64,000 nt of DNA. It comes from Syntrophorhabdaceae bacterium. Lineage in GTDB: Bacteria > Desulfobacterota > Syntrophorhabdia > Syntrophorhabdales > Syntrophorhabdaceae. The notes under the pieces are model-generated. The model made no database searches. It saw nothing but the letters and a program-made list of their open reading frames with translations, and was not told the origin of the DNA. The position numbers and the translations under genes are program-made. Where the stretch lies: NCBI GenBank assembly GCA_963665295.1, contig OY762209.1, forward strand, positions 608,001-672,000, read 5' to 3'. Each line of letters begins with the position of its first letter. Positions within the stretch are counted from its first letter, which is position 1. Shown one piece after another: positions 31,260 through 41,990 of this stretch.

Positions 31260-31766
31260 AACCGCAGATGGGCGGAAGGGACTTCGAGAGGGAGTTGAAC
31301 CAAAATACGGGTGAGAAATCCCGGTTACCCTCTTGTCAGGACTCGCGTTACCTGTAAATGTGCCGTGGTGATTGCCTGCTGAAGCGAGCACAGTCACGCC
31401 GCCGGCTCACGAACTACCCGAAAGAATTCCACCGAAGCGAGCACCCATGCAATTACGTTTCCACCATTCGCCGCGTACCCCGGGGATTTGACTTTCATTC
31501 CACTTTCATGTATACAGATATGCAGCAAGAGAATATCAATGTGGACCTTGAAGGTGAAAGATGTTCTGCATACGCAGGTGACATGATATAGGTGCGCCGG
31601 ATGGCGCACTCCGTTCCAACTCCATACGCCCGGTAATGGAGCAGATCCTCCCCGAGGACTTATAGGCCTTCCGGACTTCTCCTCACCCTGCCGGCGTATG
31701 CCGGCATTCTTTGTCTTTCGGTCATTTCTCTTCGGCCCGGGTAAAATCGATGGTGAAAGGAGAAAC

Positions 31767-32792
31767 GTGGATATACAACTTACACATCATGTCCGCTTCG
31801 GCGGATGCGCGGCAAAGATAGGTCCCGATGACCTGTCCAGTGTACTCTGCGGCATAAATATCCCTGAGAATCCCAACGTGATCGTCGGCCTCAAGGGGTT
31901 CGAGGATGCGGGGGTATACAGGCTCAGTAATGATCTCGCCCTTGTTCAGACCCTCGATTTCTTCACCCCTGTGGTAAACGATCCCTACTGCTTCGGCCGG
32001 ATAGCCGCTGCAAACGCCTTGAGCGACATCTATGCCATGGGCGCCGTACCCGTAACAGCCCTCAATATCGTCTGTTTTTCCCCACAGAAATTCGACCTCT
32101 CCGTATTACGGGAGATTCTGCGGGGAGGAATCGACAAGATAGAAGAATCGGGAACAAGCCTCCTTGGCGGGCACAGCGTTGTGGACGAAGAGATCAAATA
32201 CGGCCTTTCCGTAACAGGCCTCGTCCATCCGGACAGGATTGTGAGGAATGAGGGCGCGCAACCGGGTGATGTCCTTGTCCTCACCAAGCCTCTCGGTACG
32301 GGCATTTTGACGACGGCCATGAAAAGCAATCTGGTTTCGCCCGGGGCGGAGCGGCGTTTGATCACGGTTATGGCCGCCCTCAATCGCCGGGCGTCGGAAA
32401 TCATGCTCTCCGTCGGCGCCCACGCCGCAACCGATGTCACCGGGTTCGGCCTGGCAGGTCATCTCAAGGAAATGATAAAGGAAGACCTCGGGGTAGAGAT
32501 CTACGCCTCCGGACTCCCCTATTTCCCTGAGGCAAGAGAACTGGCTGCCAAAGGGATTCTCCCGAGTGGCTTTTACAGAAACAGGGATTTCTATGGTCCC
32601 TTTGTAGAGGCGGAAATAGAGGGGTTTCCCTTCGACGTCATCTTTGATCCCCAATCGTCAGGCGGCTTATTGATCGCCCTGAAGGAAGAGGACATGGGCT
32701 GCTTCAGGGAAGAGGCATGGCGGGCCTCTCTGGACCATTGGTTGATAGGGCGCTTTGTTGACGAACCAAGGGGGAAGATATGCGTCAAATAA
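31767..32792 (+). CDS. selD: Selenide, water dikinase (Cys form)
   Basis: GGCAAKIG, EDAGVY, TLDFFTP, AANALSDIYAMG, TDVTGFGL, DPQSSGGLL; AAGGAG RBS before GTG. Confidence 0.93.
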   Translation: MDIQLTHHVRFGGCAAKIGPDDLSSVLCGINIPENPNVIVGLKGFEDAGVYRLSNDLALVQTLDFFTPVVNDPYCFGRIAAANALSDIYAMGAVPVTALNIVCFSPQKFDLSVLREILRGGIDKIEESGTSLLGGHSVVDEEIKYGLSVTGLVHPDRIVRNEGAQPGDVLVLTKPLGTGILTTAMKSNLVSPGAERRLITVMAALNRRASEIMLSVGAHAATDVTGFGLAGHLKEMIKEDLGVEIYASGLPYFPEARELAAKGILPSGFYRNRDFYGPFVEAEIEGFPFDVIFDPQSSGGLLIALKEEDMGCFREEAWRASLDHWLIGRFVDEPRGKICVK

Positions 32793-32859
32793 TGCTGCCC
32801 GCAGTCCCATCCGGGACCCGGGAGCACCGAGGACCCATTGTCGCAAGGGGAAAACAGGC

Positions 32860-33168
32860 ATGAAACCATTTGAGCCCCAAATTATCGTTTTTTTACGGTG
32901 AGTATTGCAGTTATGCAGGCGCCGACGGAGTCTCCGTTTTCGGGTGCCTGGAGGGAAACTGCCATTTCGAGGCAGGCAATCCGAGGGCGAAGAAACGGGT
33001 GGAACACCTCTGCGGGTTGCGGGATGAATCGGAATGGGCGGCGGACGGGTGGGGATGTACAATATGTCCTCTGCCATGGACCTGTTGTCCGCCGAGGCCG
33101 CCCGGGAGATCACGGCAAAGGTGGGAGCCCTGGGGCCCAATCCCGCGAGACCCCACCGGCCCGGGTAG
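32860..33168 (+). pseudogene. mvhD: mvhD/flpD (2Fe-2S hydrogenase delta subunit) pseudogene
   Basis: MKPFEPQIIVF / YCSYAGADGVSVFGCLEGNCHF..GN / GRVGMYNMSSAM...LGPNP lie in successive frames; internal block missing. Confidence 0.8.
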
Positions 33169-33237
33169 AGATGAAAGCTATCCGGCTATGGATGTCCCCG
33201 TCGCCCCCTGCCGGTTCTCCCGTCAAGAACGGATATA

Positions 33238-33537
33238 TCAGTCCGCAACCGGTCTATTGTAGTACTTGTTGCAGGCGGTGCACTCGAAATAATGCATCAT
33301 TCCACCAATATCGCCGAGGATCGGGTCCTTGTCGATCCTGAAGATCCGACCGCTGGGCGTATTACAGCACGGACACGTATCGCCTGTGCCCCTTGCATCT
33401 TCCCGTGCACCGGCTGCCTGTGCCTCAAGGGCGTGAAGTCGTGCTTCCAACTCATTCATCCACTCGGGCGCGCCCGCCGCATCTTTCCATACCGGTACCT
33501 TTTCCATAAGTTCCTTCAATTCCTTCATGTTCACCAT
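33238..33537 (-). CDS. Small zinc-ribbon hypothetical protein
   Basis: CPCC...CTAC; AAGGAGGAG RBS. Confidence 0.65.
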   Translation of the reverse strand: MVNMKELKELMEKVPVWKDAAGAPEWMNELEARLHALEAQAAGAREDARGTGDTCPCCNTPSGRIFRIDKDPILGDIGGMMHYFECTACNKYYNRPVAD

Positions 33538-33727
33538 ACGGCTACCATCTCCTCCTTATTACCAAAAATAGGCAAAACCCCCGCCACTGTGTTAATCTCA
33601 ACCAGGGCAAGCAGATTCTTTCACGGGCGCAGTGTTTTGTCAACCCCTCTTCGCCCGGGTCCTTATCGCTCCCCGCTCGCCGACTCCTTCCGTTCTTCCG
33701 CCGAAAAACCTACGGGAACCCCTTAAA

Positions 33728-34057
33728 TCAAACCTCGTGGAAGGCGACGTTGACTTCGTAGCGATAGATTTTCCCCAGTTCGTCAACCTTGTAGCGTGAA
33801 TCGGAACGGCGATTCAACGTATCCTTTGCCTGGAGAGCCTCCTTCAGTTCGCTTATCCCCTTGCCTTTCTCGATCGCCGCGTCCTGCATCTCGACTAACC
33901 GCATCCCGGCATCGACCAAAGAAGTCACCAAATCTTCGAGTTTCAGGTCCAGCTCTGCTCCCGAAAGGGATGGCCGGCTTTCCTTTAATGATTTTGCAAT
34001 GTCCGCAGCAGCTTTTATGCTCCCCCGGGCTGTCGTGATCGTGGCCAATTCAGACAT
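33728..34057 (-). CDS. Hypothetical coiled-coil protein
   Basis: AGGAGG RBS; helical SIKAAADIAKSL N-terminus. Confidence 0.6.
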   Translation of the reverse strand: MSELATITTARGSIKAAADIAKSLKESRPSLSGAELDLKLEDLVTSLVDAGMRLVEMQDAAIEKGKGISELKEALQAKDTLNRRSDSRYKVDELGKIYRYEVNVAFHEV

Positions 34058-34335
34058 TCTACCTCCTGGAAATTAAAAGTCTTTACGTGCTATGCCTTTG
34101 TTAACGCATTAGTATACCATGGGGCGGCAAAACCGGGCGTACCATAATAATGAGTATTTAATGCGTAGACCATGTACGTACTAACCGTTTACTAAGTTCC
34201 CGACAAGGGCTTCGAGGCCAAGGTCTTCCCATCGGCAAGAAAGGTTGGACTCCTCCCGGGTGGACCGCCCGCGTCAATCCGGGGGCCCGGACAAATCCAG
34301 TCGCTTCATGGAAGCATACCGATGAAGGCTCCTCC

Positions 34336-35403
34336 TCAATATGTATGGAACATCCTCTGAATTTCTTTGGTATTCCTTGTTTTCGTGAGGGCCAGCATGA
34401 GGAGGACGCGCGCCTTTTGAGGGTTCAGCGTATCGGACGCGATAAAATCCAACTCGTCGTCATTGACCTCCCCGTTGCGGGCAACGATGCCCTGTCCGAC
34501 GCGACTCGAACGGACGATCACGGCGCCCTGCTGTCGGGCTTGTGCCAATGCCCGTTTCACCGTACCCGACAGGCTGCCGTCTCCCACACCCCCAAAGACA
34601 ATTCCTTGCGCTTTTCCGGCTACAAAAGCATCGATGGCAAGGCGGTTCATGTTTACATAGCCGTAAGCGATGTCAACCTGCGGCAAGATGTCCAGTTGCA
34701 TGATGTCGAATTCGGAATCCGTGGTATGTGCCCGCGTAGACTGTCGATAGAAGACGGGCTTGCCTCCCTGTATGTAGCCAAGCAGCCCGAGTTCTGCCGC
34801 CTTGAACGTGTCCGGCGTTGATGTATTTGTCTTCGTCACATCCCGGGCGCTATTGATCTGATCGTTAAGCACGACCAGTACCCCCTTACCCGCCGCCTCG
34901 CGGCTGCCTGCCACTGCGACGGCATTGTACAGGTTCATGGGCCCGTCCGCGGACATGGCCGTGGAGGGGCGCATGGCCCCGACAATGACTACCGGTTTCC
35001 TGCTTTTAACCACCAGATTGAGAAAATACGCAGTCTCCTCCAGAGTGTCCGTGCCGTGAGTGATGACCACACCATCGACGTCATGGCGGGCAAGGAGCAT
35101 ATTCACCCGTTTGGCAAGTATGAGCCAATAACGGTTGTCCATATTCTCGCTTCCGATCTGAAAGATTTGTTCACCTTTCACAAGGGCTGCCTTTTTCAAT
35201 TCCGGGACTGCGGCGATGAGCCGTTCTATGGACTCCGTCGCTGAGGTGTACCCTATCGTCGTCGCAGGCGTTGCCCCGGAACCCGCAATCGTTCCGCCGG
35301 TCGCCACGATTACCACATTAGGCAAGCATTGGGCACGCGCGAATGAAACGGCAAAGGCAAAAAGGAGTATGACGAAAAGTCTGACACGTAATGGACGTTG
35401 CAT
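34336..35403 (-). CDS. ansB: L-asparaginase type II (periplasmic)
   Basis: ATGGTIAG, HGTDTLEETA, GAMRP, LNPQKAR; signal peptide. Confidence 0.92.
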   Translation of the reverse strand: MQRPLRVRLFVILLFAFAVSFARAQCLPNVVIVATGGTIAGSGATPATTIGYTSATESIERLIAAVPELKKAALVKGEQIFQIGSENMDNRYWLILAKRVNMLLARHDVDGVVITHGTDTLEETAYFLNLVVKSRKPVVIVGAMRPSTAMSADGPMNLYNAVAVAGSREAAGKGVLVVLNDQINSARDVTKTNTSTPDTFKAAELGLLGYIQGGKPVFYRQSTRAHTTDSEFDIMQLDILPQVDIAYGYVNMNRLAIDAFVAGKAQGIVFGGVGDGSLSGTVKRALAQARQQGAVIVRSSRVGQGIVARNGEVNDDELDFIASDTLNPQKARVLLMLALTKTRNTKEIQRMFHTY

Positions 35404-35509
35404 GCCGCCTCTCCTGGAAGGTTTTGTACTACTCTACATGGCGATTATTGTGGTGTCAAGCAAAACGCATGGGTCAAGGCATGGGATGAATTGTGAATGG
35501 CCGCCTGTT

Positions 35510-36493
35510 CTAGAAGGACGCGGTCAGGACGAGGCCCATCAAGGGGGCGGCGCTGAAACCCGTGCTGTCAATTCTTTCACCTGTTCTGTCCTCTATTCTT
35601 ACGGAACCCGCGAAAACAGCGCCTCCGTACACGCTCACAAGGAGGTGTTTTCCCAACCGGCGGGTAAGATTGAGATATCCTGTCACCGCGTTGACCTGAC
35701 CGACGCCCCCTGGTACCGGGCCGCCCTGGGAGAGACGAAAACGGCTTGACCTGTACCCCCCGCCAAGGGCGATCACCCAGCTACTTCCCATCGTGTATCC
35801 CAGTTCAAGTCCGGCAGATCCCACAGGACCTGTGCTCAGGGGGCTTGCAAGGCGAAGCCGGTCGTTGATCCTCCAGTCCATAAAGAGAGCGGGAAACGGG
35901 ACGGTTTCCTCCAGACGGTAAAGGAGGCCGACGCCAAAACCGACGGCGAGCCTTGGGTTTGGCGTGTACGTCGCTCCCAGGGCCCCGCCGTAAATGATCG
36001 ATCTGCCGAAATCAGCCCCTTCTTCCGCAGAGTACTGGACCACAGGGGCGGCGAAGAGTCCCCACTTCGGAGCAAAGCCGTATCGCATCTTTCCGTTCAC
36101 CCCTACCCTGTGCACCTTGTTCCATGGATCGGCGACTGCAAAACCGGCAAGGGGCGTAAAGTTATAGTCGTCGGATCCATGGAAGAAACCAAGGCCTATA
36201 TCGGTGTTCCCGCTTACTTTTACCGACGTCTCCGCCCCTGCCGTGCAGCTGGTAAAGGTGACATTTCCACCGCCCCTTACATGGGCTTTCGGCATGTAAA
36301 GGGACGATGCGTCGAAGGAAAACCTGAGCTTCTCCCATGTCTTCACATCGGAAGCCTTGTCGGGAACCTGTCCATAGAGGACGTTGAACCCGCCAAGACA
36401 GAGGAAGAAAACCATCGTTCCCAGGCAACGGATGCTCGGAACCCATGCTCGCGGTCTGTGCGCAGACTCCACTCGTATCTCCATTCGCGACAT
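35510..36493 (-). CDS. Putative outer-membrane beta-barrel protein
   Basis: Alternating amphipathic strands, terminal Phe (LTASF); start uncertain. Confidence 0.65.
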   Translation of the reverse strand: MSRMEIRVESAHRPRAWVPSIRCLGTMVFFLCLGGFNVLYGQVPDKASDVKTWEKLRFSFDASSLYMPKAHVRGGGNVTFTSCTAGAETSVKVSGNTDIGLGFFHGSDDYNFTPLAGFAVADPWNKVHRVGVNGKMRYGFAPKWGLFAAPVVQYSAEEGADFGRSIIYGGALGATYTPNPRLAVGFGVGLLYRLEETVPFPALFMDWRINDRLRLASPLSTGPVGSAGLELGYTMGSSWVIALGGGYRSSRFRLSQGGPVPGGVGQVNAVTGYLNLTRRLGKHLLVSVYGGAVFAGSVRIEDRTGERIDSTGFSAAPLMGLVLTASF

Positions 36494-36532
36494 TCCCGGT
36501 TTTCCCTTGTCTTCTCCCCTTGAGGGGCACGC

Positions 36533-37102
36533 CTATTCCACGGTCCTGATATCCAGGCTTGCGCCCAGACCATCCGGGGCAGTTGCCAGTATTGTGAAAG
36601 ATAACTGTCCGGTCTTGAAACCCAGTACTTCCTTGTATGCCCGACTACCTGAAAGGGGCGCCCACCTTCTGGCGTCTCTACTTATGTAGAGGGTATAATT
36701 CCTGAGGAAATCCGCCTTTTCCTCTTTGCTCATTTTGGAAAAGCTCCGGGCGTCGAGCTTGTTGAGTCTCGATAATTCGTCCGATGAAAGATTCTCAGCC
36801 ATCCTGACGAGGAAGTAGAGCTTCTGTTTGGCAACAATTTCGATTTGCTCCTCTTTGAAAGCCATGAAATCTGTCTCCATGGAAAGCTTCACAGGAATGG
36901 TCTCCCCTTCATTGACGTAGAAAACGCAATCCTTCAGATTCCCCGGTTCAGGGTAACTCCTTAACCGGCTGTAATGCGCCGTTGTTTCGGGTGAATACGC
37001 TTTCATATACACTCCGTTGCCTGCACAACCTGTAAACGATAAGACGAAGAGGGCAAAGGCCGCTACATGAATGCATACCTGTCCACACTTGATTGATTTC
37101 AT
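36533..37102 (-). CDS. Hypothetical lipoprotein
   Basis: FTGC lipobox; AAGGAG RBS. Confidence 0.65.
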   Translation of the reverse strand: MKSIKCGQVCIHVAAFALFVLSFTGCAGNGVYMKAYSPETTAHYSRLRSYPEPGNLKDCVFYVNEGETIPVKLSMETDFMAFKEEQIEIVAKQKLYFLVRMAENLSSDELSRLNKLDARSFSKMSKEEKADFLRNYTLYISRDARRWAPLSGSRAYKEVLGFKTGQLSFTILATAPDGLGASLDIRTVE

Positions 37103-37598
37103 TGTTTTTCTCCTTTTTGGTATTGGTCAATACTTTGCTCTGCCGGAATCACCCGATCCCGAAACGGTCCGGAGACAATCGACCGGCCACTCATGTCCTA
37201 CTTTTGGGCATGTCCTCCTTCCGACATTCGGTTCATACCTCTAAAGGTATAGTTTATTATACTTCTTGTCAAGTCTAATTATCGTCCAGAGGACAAAGTG
37301 GTCATGCATGGCGTTTTTGGCAAGGGCATGAGGCGTGAGAGCGACAAGGGGTATTGTTACGGACTCACTGACCCGGTGACGATGCAGACACCCTCGTCAT
37401 GTCATTCCCTATGGTGGGAAGATGATCTCCGGTTGGCGGCCTGTTGCAACATAGGGTATTATGGGTTTTTTGAGACGTAACCCGGCCGGTCCGTTGCGAA
37501 GAAGCATGTCGGGTTGGTTCCCTATTTCCCGGTTTGAGGCGGTATTATGGGTCTTCTGTCGATAATGAGGGTTTTACCCCCGGACGGACCCCGGACTC

Positions 37599-38303
37599 CT
37601 ACCCGCCCAGATAGGCGTGGATGACTTTCTCATCATGGAGCAGGTTCAAAGATGTGTCTGCCAAGGCGATGCGCCCCGTTTCGATTACATACCCACGTTG
37701 GCTGATTTCGAGGGCCATTTGCGCGTTTTGCTCCACGAGGAGGACACTCGTGCCCTGTTTGTTTATTTCCGCAATAATGTGGAAAATCTCGCGGACCAGA
37801 ATGGGAGAGAGCCCCATCGATGGTTCATCCATCAACAGAAGCTTCGGTCTCGCCATCAACGCCCGTCCCAGAGCCAGCATTTGCTGTTCGCCTCCGGACA
37901 GGTTTCCCGCGGGAAGCTCCGACTTCTTGCGCAGCACGGGAAAGCGGGTGAAGACGGCTTCCATATCGTCTTTCAAGGTGTGGCTTTTTCCGGTAAAAGC
38001 TCCCATTTCGAGGTTTTCCCTCACTTTCAAGGTAGTGAGAATGGCCCGTCCCTCCGGAACCTGAATTATGCCGCTTCGGACAATCGTCTGCGGGGATTGG
38101 CCGGTAATATCCTTCCCTTGGTAAATGATGTTTCCCCGGGCAACCTTCAGTAAACCGGAAATCGCATTGAGGGCCGTGCTCTTACCCGCCCCGTTAGCGC
38201 CGATGAGGGCTACGATTTCACCCTCGCCTACATTGAGGGATATCCCCTGAAGCGCCTTGATGTGGCCGTAATTCACGTAAACGTCGTTAAGTTCCAGGAT
38301 CAT
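37599..38303 (-). CDS. livF: Branched-chain amino acid ABC transporter ATPase
   Basis: GANGAGKS, VPEGR, LSGGEQQM, DEPSMGL. Confidence 0.92.
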   Translation of the reverse strand: MILELNDVYVNYGHIKALQGISLNVGEGEIVALIGANGAGKSTALNAISGLLKVARGNIIYQGKDITGQSPQTIVRSGIIQVPEGRAILTTLKVRENLEMGAFTGKSHTLKDDMEAVFTRFPVLRKKSELPAGNLSGGEQQMLALGRALMARPKLLLMDEPSMGLSPILVREIFHIIAEINKQGTSVLLVEQNAQMALEISQRGYVIETGRIALADTSLNLLHDEKVIHAYLGG

Positions 38304-39061
38304 CGGTGCTCTTCCTTTCCCAGATAAGCCTCTATGACGAGAGGGTTGGACTTCACCTCATCCGGGGGACCAAGGGCGATCAATTCTCCAAAATTGAGTA
38401 CCGCCACCTGCACGCACACGCCCATAACGAACTTCATGTCATGCTCAATCAGGCAGATCGTATAACCACGGTTGTTGATCTGCATGATTTCGCCCATAAG
38501 TTCTTCCGTTTCCGCAGGATTCATTCCGGCCACCGGTTCGTCTACCAGAAGCAGCTTTGGTGAAGTAGCCAGCGCCCGGGCCAGTTCCAGCTTCCTTTGC
38601 TCCCCATAGGAAAGGCTGTCCGCCTGGCGCTTCGCCTTATCGGCCAGATGAAAAAGATCGAGTATCTCCATGGCCTTTTCGCGCATGGCCTTTTCTTCGC
38701 GCCCCTGTATGGGAAGGTTCAGCAACATTGCCACAGGAGAATAGGTATAAAGGCGATGCATGCCTGCGAGCACATTCTCCAGAAGAGACAGCTCCTTGAA
38801 AACCCTGATGTTCTGGAAGGTGCGCCCCATTCCCCGGGCGGCTATGGATGAAGGGGAAAGGTGGGTTATGTCGTTGCCGTTAAAGATAATCCGCCCCGCA
38901 GTAGGACGGGAAAGCCCGCTGATGATATTGAATAGCGTGGTTTTTCCGGCGCCGTTCGGGCCTATCAGGCCGAAGATCAGCCCTTCCCCGACTTGCAGGG
39001 ATAGAGAATCGAGGACCCGTAGTCCGCCGAAGTCTTTGGTTATGTTTTCCAGTCGCAGCAT
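38300..39061 (-). CDS. livG: Branched-chain amino acid ABC transporter ATPase
   Basis: GPNGAGKT, RTFQN, LSYGEQR, IEHDM. Confidence 0.92.
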   Translation of the reverse strand: MLRLENITKDFGGLRVLDSLSLQVGEGLIFGLIGPNGAGKTTLFNIISGLSRPTAGRIIFNGNDITHLSPSSIAARGMGRTFQNIRVFKELSLLENVLAGMHRLYTYSPVAMLLNLPIQGREEKAMREKAMEILDLFHLADKAKRQADSLSYGEQRKLELARALATSPKLLLVDEPVAGMNPAETEELMGEIMQINNRGYTICLIEHDMKFVMGVCVQVAVLNFGELIALGPPDEVKSNPLVIEAYLGKEEHR

Positions 39062-39072
39062 TTATTCTTACG

Positions 39073-39906
39073 TTAATCCTTCTTCTTTACTGTGGTGATT
39101 CCGTTTGGCAGATAAATCACTACGAGAACCAAAATAAGGCCGTTGAGAGCCAGCCGGTAAGGCCCTATAAACCTGAGCATTTCCGGCAGAATGGTCAGGA
39201 TGGTGCTGCCGACCAGGGGCCCCCAGAACGCTCCGGTGCCGCCCAGGATGGCAAAGGTCAGTATATCTACGGCAAAGTCGAATCCATACTCCCGGGGCGA
39301 AAGAAAAAAGGTGAAATGCGCATTCAGGCCGCCGGCCACGCCTGCGATAAAAGCCCCGATAGCAAAGGCCCATACTTTGAACGAGGTCGTCTTGATGCCC
39401 ATTACCGTTGCAGCCACTTCATCTTCCCGAATGGCCTCCAGAGCCCGGCCGAAACGGGACTTCCTGAGCTTCAGGAAGAAATAGATGAGCACCCCCATTA
39501 CCGCAAGAAGATGCCAGAGCTCAGTCTTGGGCGGTACGCCGTTTAAGCCTACCGAGCCGCCGGTAATGGTCATATTCAGGAAGGCTACCCTGACCACTTC
39601 ACCAAAGCCAAGGGTGGCCATGGCCAGGTAAACGCCCGACAGCCGCAAGGTAGGCAAGCCGATGATCAGGGCTACCAGAGCCGGCAAAATGCCGCCGGCA
39701 AGCAGGGCGAGGCCGAAGGGCGCACTCAACTTCATGGTAAAGAGGGCGGCAGTGTACGCGCCAATCCCCATAAAAGCGGCATTCCCGAGCGACAACTGGC
39801 CGCAGGCGAGGGTAATGTATATGGAAAGGGCCAACATGCCATGCACAAGGATGGTATAGAAGAGGGTATTGTATGTTTGCCAGAAGGATGACAGAAATTC
39901 GCTCAT
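39073..39906 (-). CDS. livM: Branched-chain amino acid ABC transporter permease
   Basis: GQLSLGNAAF, RLSGVYLAMATLGFGE, AIREDE. Confidence 0.9.
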   Translation of the reverse strand: MSEFLSSFWQTYNTLFYTILVHGMLALSIYITLACGQLSLGNAAFMGIGAYTAALFTMKLSAPFGLALLAGGILPALVALIIGLPTLRLSGVYLAMATLGFGEVVRVAFLNMTITGGSVGLNGVPPKTELWHLLAVMGVLIYFFLKLRKSRFGRALEAIREDEVAATVMGIKTTSFKVWAFAIGAFIAGVAGGLNAHFTFFLSPREYGFDFAVDILTFAILGGTGAFWGPLVGSTILTILPEMLRFIGPYRLALNGLILVLVVIYLPNGITTVKKKD

Positions 39907-39916
39907 GCCGTCTCCT

Positions 39917-40798
39917 TCATCCTTTCCGTTCCATGTTTGAGCCGAATATGCCGGAAGGCCTGACAAGGAGAATGATAAACAGGAGGCCGAAGGAAATGGC
40001 GTCGCGAAAATCGGAAGACAGGTAGGCGACGCTCATTATCTCCGCGAAACCCAGAATCAATCCACCCAGTACGGCGCCCCTGATATCTCCCATGCCGCCC
40101 AGAATGATGACGGCTATTCCACGGTGCATTATCGGACCACCCATGAAGGTGTGAACGGCATTGAAATTGATCCCTGTCAGCACCCCGGCAGCCCCGCCCA
40201 GAGCCGAAGCCACAAAAGCGGTAAGCTGGAAGGTGCGCTCTACGGGAATACCGAGCAAGGCGGCAGTGCGAGGGCTTTCCGCAACGGCACGGACCGCTTT
40301 GCCCCACTTCGTTCTATTCAACAGGAAGATGATGACCAGCATTAAACCGAGGGCGACGCCGATGATGATGAGCTGCAGCGAGGTGAGTTGTATCGCCCAA
40401 AAGCTGTAGGAGGTGACCGGCATGAAGTCGAAAGGAAAGCGATAGACCTCAGCGCCGAAAATGCCCTGGGAAATGTTGACGACGATGGTGGCGCACCCGA
40501 TGGTGGCAATCATCGGCGCCAGATGATGAAACGGCCTTTTTCTTAGAGGACGCACGGCAGCCAGATCTATCAGCCAGCCGAGCACGCCTGAGGCCATCAT
40601 TCCCACCAGGATCGCGGTGATCGGGCTTACGTTGAATTTTGTCACAACAATAAGACCGGCAAAAGCGCCGATCATAAAAACGGCACCGTGGGCCAGAGTT
40701 ATGACTTCCAGAACACCAAAGATCAATGTAAAGCCGAGGGCGAAAAGGGCGTACACCGCGCCCAGGCCCAAGGCATTCGCAAATTGTTGTAAAAACAC
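39917..40798 (-). CDS. livH: Branched-chain amino acid ABC transporter permease
   Basis: YALFALGFTLIFG, GKAVRAVAE, ILGGMG, RPSGIFG. Confidence 0.9.
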   Translation of the reverse strand: MFLQQFANALGLGAVYALFALGFTLIFGVLEVITLAHGAVFMIGAFAGLIVVTKFNVSPITAILVGMMASGVLGWLIDLAAVRPLRKRPFHHLAPMIATIGCATIVVNISQGIFGAEVYRFPFDFMPVTSYSFWAIQLTSLQLIIIGVALGLMLVIIFLLNRTKWGKAVRAVAESPRTAALLGIPVERTFQLTAFVASALGGAAGVLTGINFNAVHTFMGGPIMHRGIAVIILGGMGDIRGAVLGGLILGFAEIMSVAYLSSDFRDAISFGLLFIILLVRPSGIFGSNMERKG

Positions 40799-40853
40799 TC
40801 TTTCCGCCTCGCTAAGCCAGAATAGTCGGGAATACCACGCTTATCAAATGGAA

Positions 40854-41990
40854 CTACTCGGCAAAAATGGCAAACTTGCCTTTATCTATGGTCAGCACGC
40901 GTCCCTTCTGTTCGGCGTCGCGGTGTTCGTTGAAGGAGAAGGGACCGCCTACGCCTTTAAAATTCTTCACCTTAGCCAGGGCATCACGGAGGGCCGTTCT
41001 GTCTTTTTCCAGATTGCCGGACATCTTTACAGCCTTGATCCCTTCCGCCATGATATAGAGGGCATCATAGGACTGAGCGGCGAACTGATCCGGAGCCACG
41101 CCGTATTTCTTGGTATAGGCTTTGACAAAAGCCTTGTTTTTGGGACTTGGATCATCCAGGAACCACGGACTGCCGCTCAAGGAACCTTCCGCGGCCTTGC
41201 CGGCAATTTGGATAAGCTTTGCCGTGTTAAAACCATTGCCGCCGATAAATCTCACCTTCTCCGGCAGCCCCAGTTTTCTGGCCTGCAGGATGATATTCGA
41301 AGCCTCTTCTACAAGGGCCGCGCAGACAACGGCATCGGGGTTGAGGCTTTTGATCTTGGTAAGCTGGGCCGAAAAATCGATGTCTCCCTTGGCAAAGGTC
41401 TGTATTGTCACTACCTGCAACTTTTCCGCATTGACGGCTCTTAAGAAGATTTCATGGCTTGACTTGGTCATGGAATCGTCATTGCCATAGATAAGGGCGA
41501 CTTTCTTCAGTCCCAGTTTTTTTGTCGCCACCTTGATGACTATGGGAAGAATGTCCGCTTCCGCTATGGAATTACGGAAAACATAAGGGCCGATGGCGGT
41601 AATGCCCTCCGCCGTGTTGGAGGTGCCGAAGACGACTGTCTTCTGGGCATTGGCAAATGGATCGGAGGCAAAAGCCGAGTTGGAAAGAGTCGGGCCGAAG
41701 ATGGCCAGTACTTTGTCCTGGAAGATGAATTTTTTGAAGACGTTGATCGCTTCTTCCTTCTTTGCCTGTTCATCCTCTATAACGAGGGCGATCTTGTTCC
41801 CGTTTATACCGCCCGCCGCATTGATCTCATCGGCGGCGAGGACAAAACCGTTTTTAATGGGCACGCCATACTTGGCGACAGGCCCTGTCAAAGCCTCGGC
41901 AACGCCGATCTTGATTTCCGCAGCCTGGACCGTGAAAGCCAGAGATACTACGAGCGCAACAAAAAGAGTGATTTTTACAAGTGACTTCAT
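40854..41990 (-). CDS. livK: Branched-chain amino acid ABC transporter substrate-binding protein
   Basis: IKIG..LTG, EINAAGGING, DFSAQL, YDA. Confidence 0.88.
   Translation of the reverse strand: MKSLVKITLFVALVVSLAFTVQAAEIKIGVAEALTGPVAKYGVPIKNGFVLAADEINAAGGINGNKIALVIEDEQAKKEEAINVFKKFIFQDKVLAIFGPTLSNSAFASDPFANAQKTVVFGTSNTAEGITAIGPYVFRNSIAEADILPIVIKVATKKLGLKKVALIYGNDDSMTKSSHEIFLRAVNAEKLQVVTIQTFAKGDIDFSAQLTKIKSLNPDAVVCAALVEEASNIILQARKLGLPEKVRFIGGNGFNTAKLIQIAGKAAEGSLSGSPWFLDDPSPKNKAFVKAYTKKYGVAPDQFAAQSYDALYIMAEGIKAVKMSGNLEKDRTALRDALAKVKNFKGVGGPFSFNEHRDAEQKGRVLTIDKGKFAIFAE

Noticed and set aside
20507..32792. Selenoneine pathway (selD plus egtD/MES)
   Set aside because: selD is about 7 kb from the MES gene, on the opposite strand and separated by unrelated genes; no SenA/SenB-like genes seen.
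32899..32901. In-frame TGA in mvhD next to selD as a selenocysteine codon
   Set aside because: The frame after the TGA does not match MvhD; homology resumes only after a frameshift.
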